The position numbers and the translations under genes were made by a program. From an uncultured bacterium (GTDB taxonomy: Bacteria; RBG-13-61-14; DRUE01), in assembly GCA_964553915.1 (NCBI GenBank), contig CAZKMM010000001.1:1-52482 (forward strand): DNA of 52,482 bases. The letters are read 5' to 3'. How positions within the stretch are numbered: position 1 is the stretch's first letter; the number at the start of each line of letters is the position of its first letter. The notes under the pieces were generated by a model that was not told the DNA's origin, ran no database searches, and was given only the letters and a program-made list of their open reading frames with translations. This document shows, piece after piece, positions 28,535 through 36,657 of the stretch.

Positions 28535-29094
28535 CCCTTTCTTTCAAATTTTCCGCTCACCTGAGCATCTATCCCCAGCCGGGAATGGTTTAAATCAAAC
28601 CAGGCATTTTCACCTTTTAATTCCATTCCTGCTCCCTGCACTTTCAGGGAGCCGGGAATTTTTATCAAATTATCTTTCGGAAGATATTCCAGTTGCTCTG
28701 ATTCAATCAAATATTGAGAAAATCTCACCTGAACCCCACCAGAAAAAACCAAAAGTTCCGGAGAAACCTGATACTCAGCCCTCTCAGAGGTTATCCAGAC
28801 CAAACCAGAAGAAGTATAAAGCTGAATCCGGGGAGAGAAAAACTCTGCCTGTCCCTGCTGGCGAAAAAAAGAATAATCCCTTGCCCGAGCCTGAAGCTGA
28901 AGCTGGTCTTTTTCCAGCCGGGCAAGAAAAAATTCACCAGAAACCTCAAGGTCTGCTCGCAACTCAGATTCTGCTTCTGGTTGAGAAGCTGGTTTTCCCC
29001 AGAAATAAAGGAGAGGGAGAGATATAAACAGGCAAAAAATAAAAAATATCTCCAGCCATTGAATTCTCTTTTTCCCCTTGCTCTTGTTCCCCAT
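28531..29094 (-). CDS. lptC: LPS export system protein LptC
   Basis: Single N-terminal TM anchor (WLEIFFIFCLFISLPLLYFW) plus a periplasmic beta-rich domain. Conserved position upstream of lptA. Confidence 0.7.
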   Translation of the reverse strand: MGNKSKGKKRIQWLEIFFIFCLFISLPLLYFWGKPASQPEAESELRADLEVSGEFFLARLEKDQLQLQARARDYSFFRQQGQAEFFSPRIQLYTSSGLVWITSERAEYQVSPELLVFSGGVQVRFSQYLIESEQLEYLPKDNLIKIPGSLKVQGAGMELKGENAWFDLNHSRLGIDAQVSGKFERKG

Positions 29095-29165
29095 TCCCAG
29101 AATTTAATAATAACATCTATAACCCGGTGTGTAAAGATGAAGTTGCAAGTAAAGAGACTTAAGAT

Positions 29166-30344
29166 TTAAGACTTCAACAGCCTCTGATAAGCAGAAATTA
29201 TCCGGGAACATACCAGGCTTTCATCAAAATTCTCGCGGGCTCTCCGGCGAGCATTCTCTCCCAGCCTTTGGGCAAGCTCCGGATCATTCAACAGCTCCTC
29301 AATGGCACGGGCGAGATGAGAGGAAGATTTCAGCGGAACCAGAATCCCGCTCACCCGGTCTTCCACCACCACCCGACAGCCATCTATGTCCGTGGCAATA
29401 ATTGGCTTTGCCATTGCAGAGGCTTCAATCAGGCTTCGGGGAAAGCAGTCCCGATGGGTGGGAAGAACAAAAATATCCATCAGGGCGTAAATCCGCTCCA
29501 TATCTGAGCGATTCTCCAGCATAATTACCCGCTCGGATATACCCATCTTTTCTGGAAGCTCCCTGGGAATCGGGTCTCGCTCGCTGGGAAGAAAAAATCC
29601 CACGGTCAAAAGCCAGAGCTTGGGATATTTATCTTTAAGCAGACTAAAAGCTTCAAACAGCTCCTTGTATCCTTTCTCATAGACATATCTGGCAACACAT
29701 CCCAGCACCCGGGCATCTTCAGGCAGACCAATTTCTTTTCTGAGTGCTTCTATTTCCTCTGAAGAGATTTTTTCCGGATTGAACCTTTCCAAATCAATTC
29801 CATTTCCCTGAATTCGGAGCTTTTCTCTCTTTTCAATCCCCAGCTCCAGGTAAAGCTCTAAATCAAAAGGATTCTCAACCAGAACCAGATGACTTAGCCG
29901 GCAGGAAATCTTTTCTAAAAAAATAAAAAATTTTTTCTTTAAACCTCCGGGCATTTCCCGAAAAATTGGTCGCGCGGTATTGATGGTTGGTATTCCCAGA
30001 ATTCTGCCCGCTAAAGAGCCAAGCAGACAGGGTTTGGGGGTCTGGTTGTGAATCAGGTCAACTTTTTCCCGGGAAAGAATTTTAAGCAGTTTAATCAGGG
30101 TTTTAAGGTCAGCAAAAGGAGAAAATTCTCTTTTAATCTCTAGCGGGATAAACTTAATTCCCGTTTTCTGGAAAAATTCTAAATTCTCTGGATATTCCAG
30201 AGAAGAAATTGCCACCGGCTCTGCCCCAGCCTGTAAAATCGCCTGAAGCTGATTGGCAAACAAATTCTTAAAAGAGCTTTCCACCGAAGCAAGCATAGCT
30301 ATTCTTCTACCAGCTAAAGGTAAATTGGAACAATTCTTACCCAT
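29166..30344 (-). CDS. Glycosyltransferase family 4 (GT-B, group 1)
   Basis: C-terminal GT1/GT4 signature region FPRSLIEASAMAKPIIATDIDGCRVVVED. The start is uncertain (alternative Met 16 codons downstream). Confidence 0.75.
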   Translation of the reverse strand: MGKNCSNLPLAGRRIAMLASVESSFKNLFANQLQAILQAGAEPVAISSLEYPENLEFFQKTGIKFIPLEIKREFSPFADLKTLIKLLKILSREKVDLIHNQTPKPCLLGSLAGRILGIPTINTARPIFREMPGGLKKKFFIFLEKISCRLSHLVLVENPFDLELYLELGIEKREKLRIQGNGIDLERFNPEKISSEEIEALRKEIGLPEDARVLGCVARYVYEKGYKELFEAFSLLKDKYPKLWLLTVGFFLPSERDPIPRELPEKMGISERVIMLENRSDMERIYALMDIFVLPTHRDCFPRSLIEASAMAKPIIATDIDGCRVVVEDRVSGILVPLKSSSHLARAIEELLNDPELAQRLGENARRRARENFDESLVCSRIISAYQRLLKS

Positions 30345-30350
30345 AGCTTT

Positions 30351-31130
30351 TTATTTTAACATTACCAGGGAAAGCTGACGACCGGTTTTATCTTCCCGAC
30401 GGTAGGAGAAAAATTCTTTACTCTCATAAGTGCAGAGTTTGCTGGTTTCTATATTTTCTCGGGGAATTCCTGAGCTTAAAAGCACTTTAAGAATCAAACT
30501 TTCTAAATCTAAAAGCCAGGTTTGATTTTCCTTCCAGCAAACTTCGGAAAAATAATCCGGATAGGTGAATTTTACCTGTTCAATGATTTCCTCATTTACC
30601 TGATAGTGTCTGGAACAGATGCCCGGTCCCAGAGCAATACTTGTGCTTTTTCTTTTCCCGCCTTTTTTGAAAAAAGCCTTCAGGGTGTTTTCCACAATTC
30701 CTTTCAAAATTCCCGCTCTTCCACAATGAGCAATGGCGATAATTTTTTCTTCGGGCTCAGCAATAATCAGGGGATAACAATCCGCGGTCAATACTCCCAG
30801 AGCCAGATTTTTTCTTCTGGTAAGCAAAGCATCCCCTTCTCTTTTTTGGTAGCCGGGATTTTCTCCGGGTTCGCTATCTAAATCAATCACAATATCGCTG
30901 TGAATCTGTCGCAAAACCACCAGCTCAGGAATATCAAAGGTATTTTTCAGCAAGCTCAAATTTTTTTCTACTTCCTGCGGAGCATCTGTGCAGAGATAAC
31001 TCAAATTAAAGCTCTGAAAGCCGCCATTGCCGGTCCGGACCTGTCCGGTGAAAAAATAATGAGTAATTCCTTTTTTTAGCAAAAGCTCGGATTGATAAAA
31101 ACTTATCCCCTGCCTATTCCCTTTTATCAT
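30351..31130 (-). CDS. pgeF: YfiH/PgeF family (DUF152) purine nucleoside phosphorylase / peptidoglycan editing factor
   Basis: QIHSDIV, LTADCYPL and IAHCGRAG motifs. rluD-yfiH synteny as in E. coli. Confidence 0.8.
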   Translation of the reverse strand: MIKGNRQGISFYQSELLLKKGITHYFFTGQVRTGNGGFQSFNLSYLCTDAPQEVEKNLSLLKNTFDIPELVVLRQIHSDIVIDLDSEPGENPGYQKREGDALLTRRKNLALGVLTADCYPLIIAEPEEKIIAIAHCGRAGILKGIVENTLKAFFKKGGKRKSTSIALGPGICSRHYQVNEEIIEQVKFTYPDYFSEVCWKENQTWLLDLESLILKVLLSSGIPRENIETSKLCTYESKEFFSYRREDKTGRQLSLVMLK

Positions 31131-32092
31131 CGGTCATACTTCCGCACCACTGCTAAAAGCGAGCTAAAATCCTCTGGAAGCGGTGAGGTAAATTCCAGCC
31201 ATTTTCCAGAAATCGGGTGTTTAAATCCCAGCTTATAGGCGTGCAGGGCTTGTCTTTTTATTGCCCGGAGCCGGCTTCTTAGTTCTGGAGCTAGTTTTTC
31301 AGATAAGGCTCTTCCCCGACCATAAAGCGGGTCTCCCACCAGAGGATGCCCCATCTCGGTAAAATGCACCCGAATTTGATGAGTGCGACCGGTGAAAAGT
31401 CTGCATTCCAGCAAAGTAAAATGATTAAATTTTTCCAGCACTTTCCATTCAGTAATGGCGAGCTTGCCCTTCTCCGCCTTAGCGGTCATCTTCAGCCGAT
31501 GTCTGGGATTGCGGGCAATCAGCGTCTCAATTTTTCCCTGCTCCTTATCTATCCTGCCCCAGACCAGAGCCTGATATGCCCGGGTGATGCTGTGCTCCTT
31601 AAACTGCTGAGCTAAACCAATATGCGCCCGGTCATTTTTGGCGCAGACCATCACTCCACTGGTGAGTTTGTCCAGGCGGTGGACAATTCCCGGCTTGAGC
31701 ACTCCCCCCACTCCACTTAAATCCGAGCAGTGCCAGAGCAGAGCATTAACCAGAGTGCCTGAAAGCTTACCCGGGAGAGGATGGGTGATTAAACCTGCTG
31801 GTTTATCCACCACAATTATATGCTCATCCTCATAGAGAATCTTTAAAGGAATTGGCTCTGGCTCAGGCAGAGCTGGTTTGGGCGGAGGAATAATGATTTT
31901 GATTTTTTCTCCTGCCCGGACTTTTTTGCTGGGCTTGACCGCTTTTCCTTCAACCAGCACTCTGCCCTGTTCTATCAATCTTTTCAGCTGGGTTCGGCTG
32001 ACAAACTCCGGATAGCGAGAAAGAAAACTATCTATTCTTTCCGGCTCCTTTTGTTCGCTGGGAACAATGATTTCAATTTCCTTTTCCTTCAC
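31127..32092 (-). CDS. rluD: 23S rRNA pseudouridine synthase, RluD/RluA family
   Basis: N-terminal S4 domain (RIDSFLS..SRTQLKRLI) and catalytic HRLDKLTSGVMV motif. 321 aa. Confidence 0.85.
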   Translation of the reverse strand: MKEKEIEIIVPSEQKEPERIDSFLSRYPEFVSRTQLKRLIEQGRVLVEGKAVKPSKKVRAGEKIKIIIPPPKPALPEPEPIPLKILYEDEHIIVVDKPAGLITHPLPGKLSGTLVNALLWHCSDLSGVGGVLKPGIVHRLDKLTSGVMVCAKNDRAHIGLAQQFKEHSITRAYQALVWGRIDKEQGKIETLIARNPRHRLKMTAKAEKGKLAITEWKVLEKFNHFTLLECRLFTGRTHQIRVHFTEMGHPLVGDPLYGRGRALSEKLAPELRSRLRAIKRQALHAYKLGFKHPISGKWLEFTSPLPEDFSSLLAVVRKYDR

Positions 32093-32109
32093 CGCTTCCA
32101 GGAGAGAAT

Positions 32110-33036
32110 TTACCTTTTTAGCTGGACAAATTTTTTCCAGCGTTTCTTCCGAAGCTGAAAGCGTATCTCTCTTACTTTTACCATTGCGGAATGTCTTCCC
32201 CGCTCAATAATCAGATCCGGGTTGGAGAAATCTGCCCAGTGAATATCCATTACTGGTGGTTGAATTAAAACCTCAGCTTCCTCCAGTTGAAGTTCCCGCA
32301 GGGTTTTCATCATAATCTGGGCGGTGCGAAGGATTAAGTCCAATCCCCTTCGGAATTCAAAAATCTCCTCACTGCCCCGGGAAGTATCTACCGCAACCAC
32401 CAGTTCTGCCCCCAGCTTCCGGCAGGGACGCACCGGCACCGAATTGGTATAACCTCCATCTACCAGGATTTTATTCTCCACTACCATCGGAGGAAAAAAT
32501 CCGGGAATGGCACTGCTTGCCATTACCGCCTGTCGTAAGGAGCCTTGAGTCCAGACCACCTCCTGTCCGGAAAAAACATCCAGGCTTACCGCACAAAAAG
32601 GCTTGGGCAGGTCTTCAATTTTTATATCTGGCACCAGTTCTTCAATTATTTGGGTAAAAATCTCCCGGGGAATGATGGATTCCCGGGTGATAGAATAGGT
32701 ATACATAATTCCTTTTCTCAGGGTCTGGGCAACGGACTCTAAAATTCCTTCATTTTCCTCGGGTTTGGATTCTTTAAGCACATCAAACCGGGCTTTTTTA
32801 AATATTTCGCTTTTAATAAACTCATAAAGTCTCTCCCTCAGCCAGCTGGCAGGTTTTTGAGAGGAAAGATATATCGCAGAAATCAGGGCACCCATACTGG
32901 TTCCAGCATATACCTCGGGAACCAGGCCTTCTTCCTCTAAAACCTCCAGAACCCCAATATGAGCCAAGCCCCGAGCCGCGCCCCCGCCCAGAGCAATACC
33001 CAGCTTGATTTTCGCCATCAAGCGGGATTTTAACAT
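32110..33036 (-). CDS. Patatin-like phospholipase (RssA-like)
   Basis: GGGAARGLAHIGVL oxyanion motif, GTSMGA nucleophile, VDGG catalytic Asp. The true start may be Met-7 (33018). Confidence 0.8.
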   Translation of the reverse strand: MLKSRLMAKIKLGIALGGGAARGLAHIGVLEVLEEEGLVPEVYAGTSMGALISAIYLSSQKPASWLRERLYEFIKSEIFKKARFDVLKESKPEENEGILESVAQTLRKGIMYTYSITRESIIPREIFTQIIEELVPDIKIEDLPKPFCAVSLDVFSGQEVVWTQGSLRQAVMASSAIPGFFPPMVVENKILVDGGYTNSVPVRPCRKLGAELVVAVDTSRGSEEIFEFRRGLDLILRTAQIMMKTLRELQLEEAEVLIQPPVMDIHWADFSNPDLIIERGRHSAMVKVREIRFQLRKKRWKKFVQLKR

Positions 33037-33080
33037 TCAAGCCCCTGCTGTCAAGCAGGCTTCTGGACCAGAGCAGAAAT

Positions 33081-33920
33081 TTAACAACCTGCTTCTTTCA
33101 AATAAATTGAGTAAATTCTCTTAACCAGAGCAAGCGACTCCTGATGAGAAAAAATCTTCCCCTGATATTGTTCAACCACCGCCAGAGGCAAAACCGAGTT
33201 GGTGAGAAAAACCGCATCCGCAGACAAAAGCTCCTTCTCTTGATAAAAACTCTCTTCTACCTCCAGCCCGAGCGACTGAGCAATCTCTATCACTTTAGCT
33301 CTGGTTATGCCCGGAAGAATGGGAAGTTCAAGCGAGGGGGTTTTTAGCTTTTGCTCTTTAATAAAAAAGAGGTTTGCCCGGCTCGCTTCCAGGATAAAGC
33401 CACTACTGGAAAATAATAATCCTTCATCTGCTTTTTGGCTTCTTGCCTGCTGATAAGCATAAAGATAAGGCAGATAGCTTAAAGTCTTATGCCGGGCAAG
33501 AGGATAATCCGGGCTGAGGGTAAAATTTACCCGCACCAGTTTTAAATTTTCCGGCTCTTGCCCGGGTGGAGAAATTGCCCGGGCGGTTATTAAAAAGGTG
33601 GAAGAATTCTCTTCCAGCTCCAGCCTTCCTCCAAATCTTCCCCGGGAAAGAGTAATCCTGATTCGGGCATCTTTGAGCTGATTAGCTTCCAGAAGCTGGT
33701 GGCAGGCTTGCTCAATCTGTTCGGGAGAAAAACCCGGTTTTAGGTTCAGAGCTTTTGCGGAATTAAAAAGCCTTTCCAGATGCTCGGTGAGTAAAAAGAG
33801 CTTTCCATTATAAGAGCGAAGGGTCTCAAAAATGCCATCACCAAAAAGAAACCCTCGTTCCCAGATGCTGATTTGAGCTCTGGCTTCTTCAACCAGCTTT
33901 CCGTTCAGAAAGACATACAT
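33081..33920 (-). CDS. Class IV (fold type IV) PLP aminotransferase / aminodeoxychorismate lyase family
   Basis: N-terminus MYVFLNGKLVEEARAQISIWERGFLFGDGIFETLRSY is typical of Dat/IlvE/PabC enzymes. 279 aa. The subfamily cannot be resolved by eye. Confidence 0.75.
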   Translation of the reverse strand: MYVFLNGKLVEEARAQISIWERGFLFGDGIFETLRSYNGKLFLLTEHLERLFNSAKALNLKPGFSPEQIEQACHQLLEANQLKDARIRITLSRGRFGGRLELEENSSTFLITARAISPPGQEPENLKLVRVNFTLSPDYPLARHKTLSYLPYLYAYQQARSQKADEGLLFSSSGFILEASRANLFFIKEQKLKTPSLELPILPGITRAKVIEIAQSLGLEVEESFYQEKELLSADAVFLTNSVLPLAVVEQYQGKIFSHQESLALVKRIYSIYLKEAGC

Positions 33921-33926
33921 AGTTTT

Positions 33927-33935
33927 ATTATATCA
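33927..33935 (-). promoter_or_regulatory. Extended -10 promoter element (TGATATAAT) 6 nt upstream of the aminotransferase ATG
   Basis: The minus strand reads ..cccTGATATAATaaaactATG. There is no Shine-Dalgarno sequence, which implies a leaderless or near-leaderless mRNA. Confidence 0.4.
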
Positions 33936-33971
33936 GGGGAGCGGGAGATAGAAATCATCAATTCTTTTATA

Positions 33972-34000
33972 TTGATTATCAAAGTTAACTTGGCTATTAT
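33972..34000 (+). promoter_or_regulatory. Candidate sigma70-type promoter placing the transcription start at the aminopeptidase ATG (leaderless)
   Basis: TTGATT (33972-33977), 17-nt spacer, TATTAT (33995-34000), 7 nt, then the ATG at 34008. No Shine-Dalgarno sequence. Confidence 0.4.
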
Positions 34001-34007
34001 TATTTTG

Positions 34008-35072
34008 ATGGACTCAAGGGTAAAACGGCTGGCAGAAATACTGGTTCACTATTCAGTGCAGGCAAAAAAGGATGAGGTGGTTTTAATTCGGGGCAATGAC
34101 CTTGCTAAACCCCTGATTCTGGCAATATATGAACAGGTGCTTAAAGCCGGAGCACATCCCCGCCTGAGTCTGGGATTTGATGAGGTCAGTGAGCTGTTCT
34201 ACCGAAAGGCTCAATCTCATCACCTCAAGCATTTCCCAAAAATCTCTTATTATGAAGCAAAAAATATCAACTGCCTGATTTCCATCCATTCTCCTTTAAA
34301 TGTCAAAGGGCTTACCAGAGTAGAGCCTGCCCGATTGATAGAGCGTTCCCGGGTGCTGAAGCCAATTAATGAATGGATTATGAACAAAGTCCGCTGGGTA
34401 GTGGTAAATTATCCAACTCCAGCTTTAGCACAGGAAGCAGAGATGAGCCTGGCAGAGTATGAGGACTTTCTTTATCAAGCCTGTCTTCAGGACTGGGCAA
34501 AGAAAAAAAAGGAGATGGAACGAATTGCCCGGATTTTTGAAAAAGGGGATTTGGTTGAAATCAGAGGAAAAGATACTGAATTAAAATTGAGAATTAAAGG
34601 GAGAAAATTTGTAGTTGCCTGCGGGGAATACAATATGCCGGACGGCGAGATTTTTACTGCTCCTCTGGAAAATTCTCTGGAAGGAAGGATTTATTTTGAA
34701 TTTCCTGCTCTGCACGGTGGGAGAGAGGTGAGCGGGATTCAGCTCTGGTTTGAAAAAGGGAGAGTGGTAAAGGCAAAAGCAGAAAAGAACTACCCTTATT
34801 TAAAGTCAATGCTGGATACCGACGCAGGAGCTCGGCGAGTGGGCGAGCTGGGTATTGGGCTTAATTATAAAATTAAGAAATTCAGCAAAGATATTCTCTT
34901 TGATGAAAAGATCGGAGGCACCGTGCATCTGGCTCTGGGAAGGGCATATCCTGAGACCGGCGGAAAAAATCAAAGTGCCATTCACTGGGATTTAATTAAA
35001 GATTTGAGAAAAGGGGGCGAGCTTTATTTAGACCGCAAGCTGGTTCAAAAAAACGGAAAATTCTTAATCTAG
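34008..35072 (+). CDS. Aminopeptidase, peptidase family M29 (AmpS/PepS/aminopeptidase T-like)
   Basis: 355 aa starting MDSRVKRLAEILVHYSVQAKKDEVVLIRG. M29-like C-terminal region (MPDGEIFTAP, GGTVHLALGRAY). The track's 33873 start would overlap the divergent gene, so it was rejected. Confidence 0.65.
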   Translation: MDSRVKRLAEILVHYSVQAKKDEVVLIRGNDLAKPLILAIYEQVLKAGAHPRLSLGFDEVSELFYRKAQSHHLKHFPKISYYEAKNINCLISIHSPLNVKGLTRVEPARLIERSRVLKPINEWIMNKVRWVVVNYPTPALAQEAEMSLAEYEDFLYQACLQDWAKKKKEMERIARIFEKGDLVEIRGKDTELKLRIKGRKFVVACGEYNMPDGEIFTAPLENSLEGRIYFEFPALHGGREVSGIQLWFEKGRVVKAKAEKNYPYLKSMLDTDAGARRVGELGIGLNYKIKKFSKDILFDEKIGGTVHLALGRAYPETGGKNQSAIHWDLIKDLRKGGELYLDRKLVQKNGKFLI

Positions 35073-35082
35073 GAGGAAAAAA

Positions 35083-36153
35083 ATGCCTACCCGAATTTTA
35101 GAACGGGAATTCTGGCTCACCCCCAGGGATATTTATGAATATCTGGACCAGTATGTAATTGGTCAGGAGCGAGCCAAACGGATTGTTGCCATTGCCGCTT
35201 ATAATCATTTCAAGCGGGTTTATGCTAATCAGAATCAGGCTCAATATCGCTATCGGCAACCGCTTTTAAAAAAATCCAATATCTTGATGATAGGACCCAC
35301 TGGCTGTGGAAAAACCCATATCGCCCGAAATCTGGCAGAGGTTTTAAATGTGCCTTTTGTGGTGGTGGATGCCACGGAATACACGGAAGCTGGTTATTAT
35401 GGCAAGGATGTGGAGGTGATGATCGGCGAACTGCTTTATTCCGCGGATATGGATGTGGAGAAAGCAGAAAGGGGAATCGTTTTCATTGATGAAATAGATA
35501 AGATAGCCCGAAGATATAACGGAATGAAGGACGGCTCCAGTGGTAGAGACATCCGGGGAGAAGGAGTCCAGCAGGCTTTGCTCAAGCTTCTAGAGGGCTC
35601 TAAAATCTTTGTCCCCTACAATATCACCCAGCACTGGAACAAGCACGATTTTGTCCAGATGGACACCGCTAACATTCTTTTCATTTGTGCGGGAACTTTT
35701 ACTGATATCTATCGGGGAGGCAAGTCCCGCCCGGCAGGGTTTAAAAGAAAATCCAGCTCCAAGGAGGAGGTCAAGCCAATTGAGGAGCGAATTACCATAG
35801 AAGATTTAATGCGTTATGGGATGCTGGCAGAATTTTTGGGGCGAATCCCGGTAGTTGTGGAATTAGATGAGCTTACTGATGATGAGTTAATGCGAATCGT
35901 AACCGACCCGCCGGATTCCATTCTTCGGGAGTATCAGGCGTTATTATCTCTGGATGGTATTGAGCTGGAGCTGAGCGAATCTGCAATTCGGGAGATAGTT
36001 GGTGAAGCCAAGCGAAGGGGACTGGGAGCCCGGGGTTTGCGAACTATCTTTGAAGAAGTAATGCAGGATATAATGTTTGTTGCCCCGGAAATGGCAGGAA
36101 AACGGGTGGTGCTGAGCGCCCAAGATGTTAGAAAAAAACTGGGAAGAAGCTGA
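35083..36153 (+). CDS. ClpX-family AAA+ unfoldase paralog lacking the N-terminal zinc-binding domain
   Basis: LDQYVIGQERAKRIVAIAAYNHFKRV, Walker A GPTGCGKT, Walker B IVFIDEIDK, GEGVQQALLKLLEG, GARGLR. It starts at the position equivalent to about residue 55-60 of E. coli ClpX, so it has no C4 zinc finger. Confidence 0.8.
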   Translation: MPTRILEREFWLTPRDIYEYLDQYVIGQERAKRIVAIAAYNHFKRVYANQNQAQYRYRQPLLKKSNILMIGPTGCGKTHIARNLAEVLNVPFVVVDATEYTEAGYYGKDVEVMIGELLYSADMDVEKAERGIVFIDEIDKIARRYNGMKDGSSGRDIRGEGVQQALLKLLEGSKIFVPYNITQHWNKHDFVQMDTANILFICAGTFTDIYRGGKSRPAGFKRKSSSKEEVKPIEERITIEDLMRYGMLAEFLGRIPVVVELDELTDDELMRIVTDPPDSILREYQALLSLDGIELELSESAIREIVGEAKRRGLGARGLRTIFEEVMQDIMFVAPEMAGKRVVLSAQDVRKKLGRS

Positions 36154-36601
36154 AAATCCTCTCTCTCCAGCTCCTTTAACCATTGAGGATTTAGACCAGG
36201 TTTATCAGCTAGACCAGATTTGTTTTCCCGGAGAGGTTGCCTTTCCAAAGGAGTTCTTTTTTTATCTTCTTACTTCTCCGGACTGTCTGGGTTTTGGGAT
36301 AAAAAAACCGGGCAAGCTTTTGGGGTTTATTATTGTTCAGGCACAAAGCCCAACCAGGACGCAGTTAATAACCCTGGACATTGCTCCTGAGCACCGAAGA
36401 AAGGGGCTGGGAAGTTTTCTTCTGGAGTATATTCATAAATACCTGAAGGAGCGGGGCTTTAAACGGATTCGGCTGGAGGTAGCTTATAACAATCAACCTG
36501 CTTTGAATCTGTATCAAAAGTTTGGCTATCAGTGGCGAGGACAGAAAAAGAAATATTATCCTGATGGCACCGATGCAATTATTATGGAGAAGCTTCTTTA
36601 A
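36125..36601 (+). CDS. rimI: GNAT N-acetyltransferase, ribosomal-protein-alanine acetyltransferase-like
   Basis: LDIAPEHRRKGLGSFLLEY (acetyl-CoA site), RIRLEVAYNNQPALNLYQKFGY, KKYYPDGTDAIIMEK. The pattern resembles E. coli RimI. 29-nt overlap with the upstream gene. Confidence 0.65.
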   Translation: MLEKNWEEAENPLSPAPLTIEDLDQVYQLDQICFPGEVAFPKEFFFYLLTSPDCLGFGIKKPGKLLGFIIVQAQSPTRTQLITLDIAPEHRRKGLGSFLLEYIHKYLKERGFKRIRLEVAYNNQPALNLYQKFGYQWRGQKKKYYPDGTDAIIMEKLL

Positions 36602-36657
36602 ACCCCAAGCCTCAATTCTTAAGATAAACTTCTTCTGGTAAAATATTCCGAGGGCAA

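Noticed and set aside
28891-28905. Short tandem repeats (ctgaag ctgaag ctg at 28891-28905; tcagat tcagat near 52039-52050), and a general look for CRISPR arrays, tRNAs, rRNAs and IS elements.
   Set aside because: - The repeats are only two units long and lie inside coding sequence.
- No repeat-spacer periodicity, no cloverleaf-capable intergenic space and no transposase or integrase ORFs were seen.
- The only gap longer than 100 bp is 45919-46203.
28470-29027. Long antisense or alternative-frame ORFs inside confident genes. Examples: 28470-29027 (+) in lptC, 22144-22587 (+) in ptsI, 26156-26611 (+) in rpoN, 44453-44860 (+) in the NuoL-like gene, 2357-2761 (-) in mazG.
   Set aside because: - They lie fully within strongly supported CDSs on the other strand or frame.
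- Their composition is low-complexity and Ser/Pro/Arg/Leu-rich, typical of shadow ORFs.
- They have no ribosome-binding sites and no recognisable motifs.
32110-33036. The patatin-like phospholipase as a CBASS-type defence effector, given the cyclic-nucleotide genes in the window.
   Set aside because: - It sits 19 kb from the cyclase, on the other strand, among housekeeping genes (rluD, pgeF, aminotransferase).
- The cyclase is class III, not a CD-NTase.
- The protein looks like a generic RssA-type patatin.
33044-33059. Hairpin CCTGCT-gtca-AGCAGG between the aminotransferase stop and the patatin start.
   Set aside because: The stem is only 6 bp and has no adjacent U-tract on the transcribed (minus) strand. 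It is too weak to call a terminator or attenuator.
33873-34007. The track's 45-codon N-terminal extension of the M29 aminopeptidase.
   Set aside because: - It overlaps the divergent aminotransferase start and runs through the promoter-like AT-rich spacer.
- The extension is low-complexity (IINSFILIIKVNLAIIIL).
- The M29-like sequence begins at Met 34008.
36565-36580. TGGCAC hexamers as possible sigma-54 (-24) elements. These occur at 36565-36570 upstream of the YfhO-like gene, and at 8308-8313, 13270s and 19550s.
   Set aside because: None is followed at the required spacing by a TTGC -12 element, and all lie inside coding sequence. I found no convincing RpoN promoter in the window despite rpoN being present.
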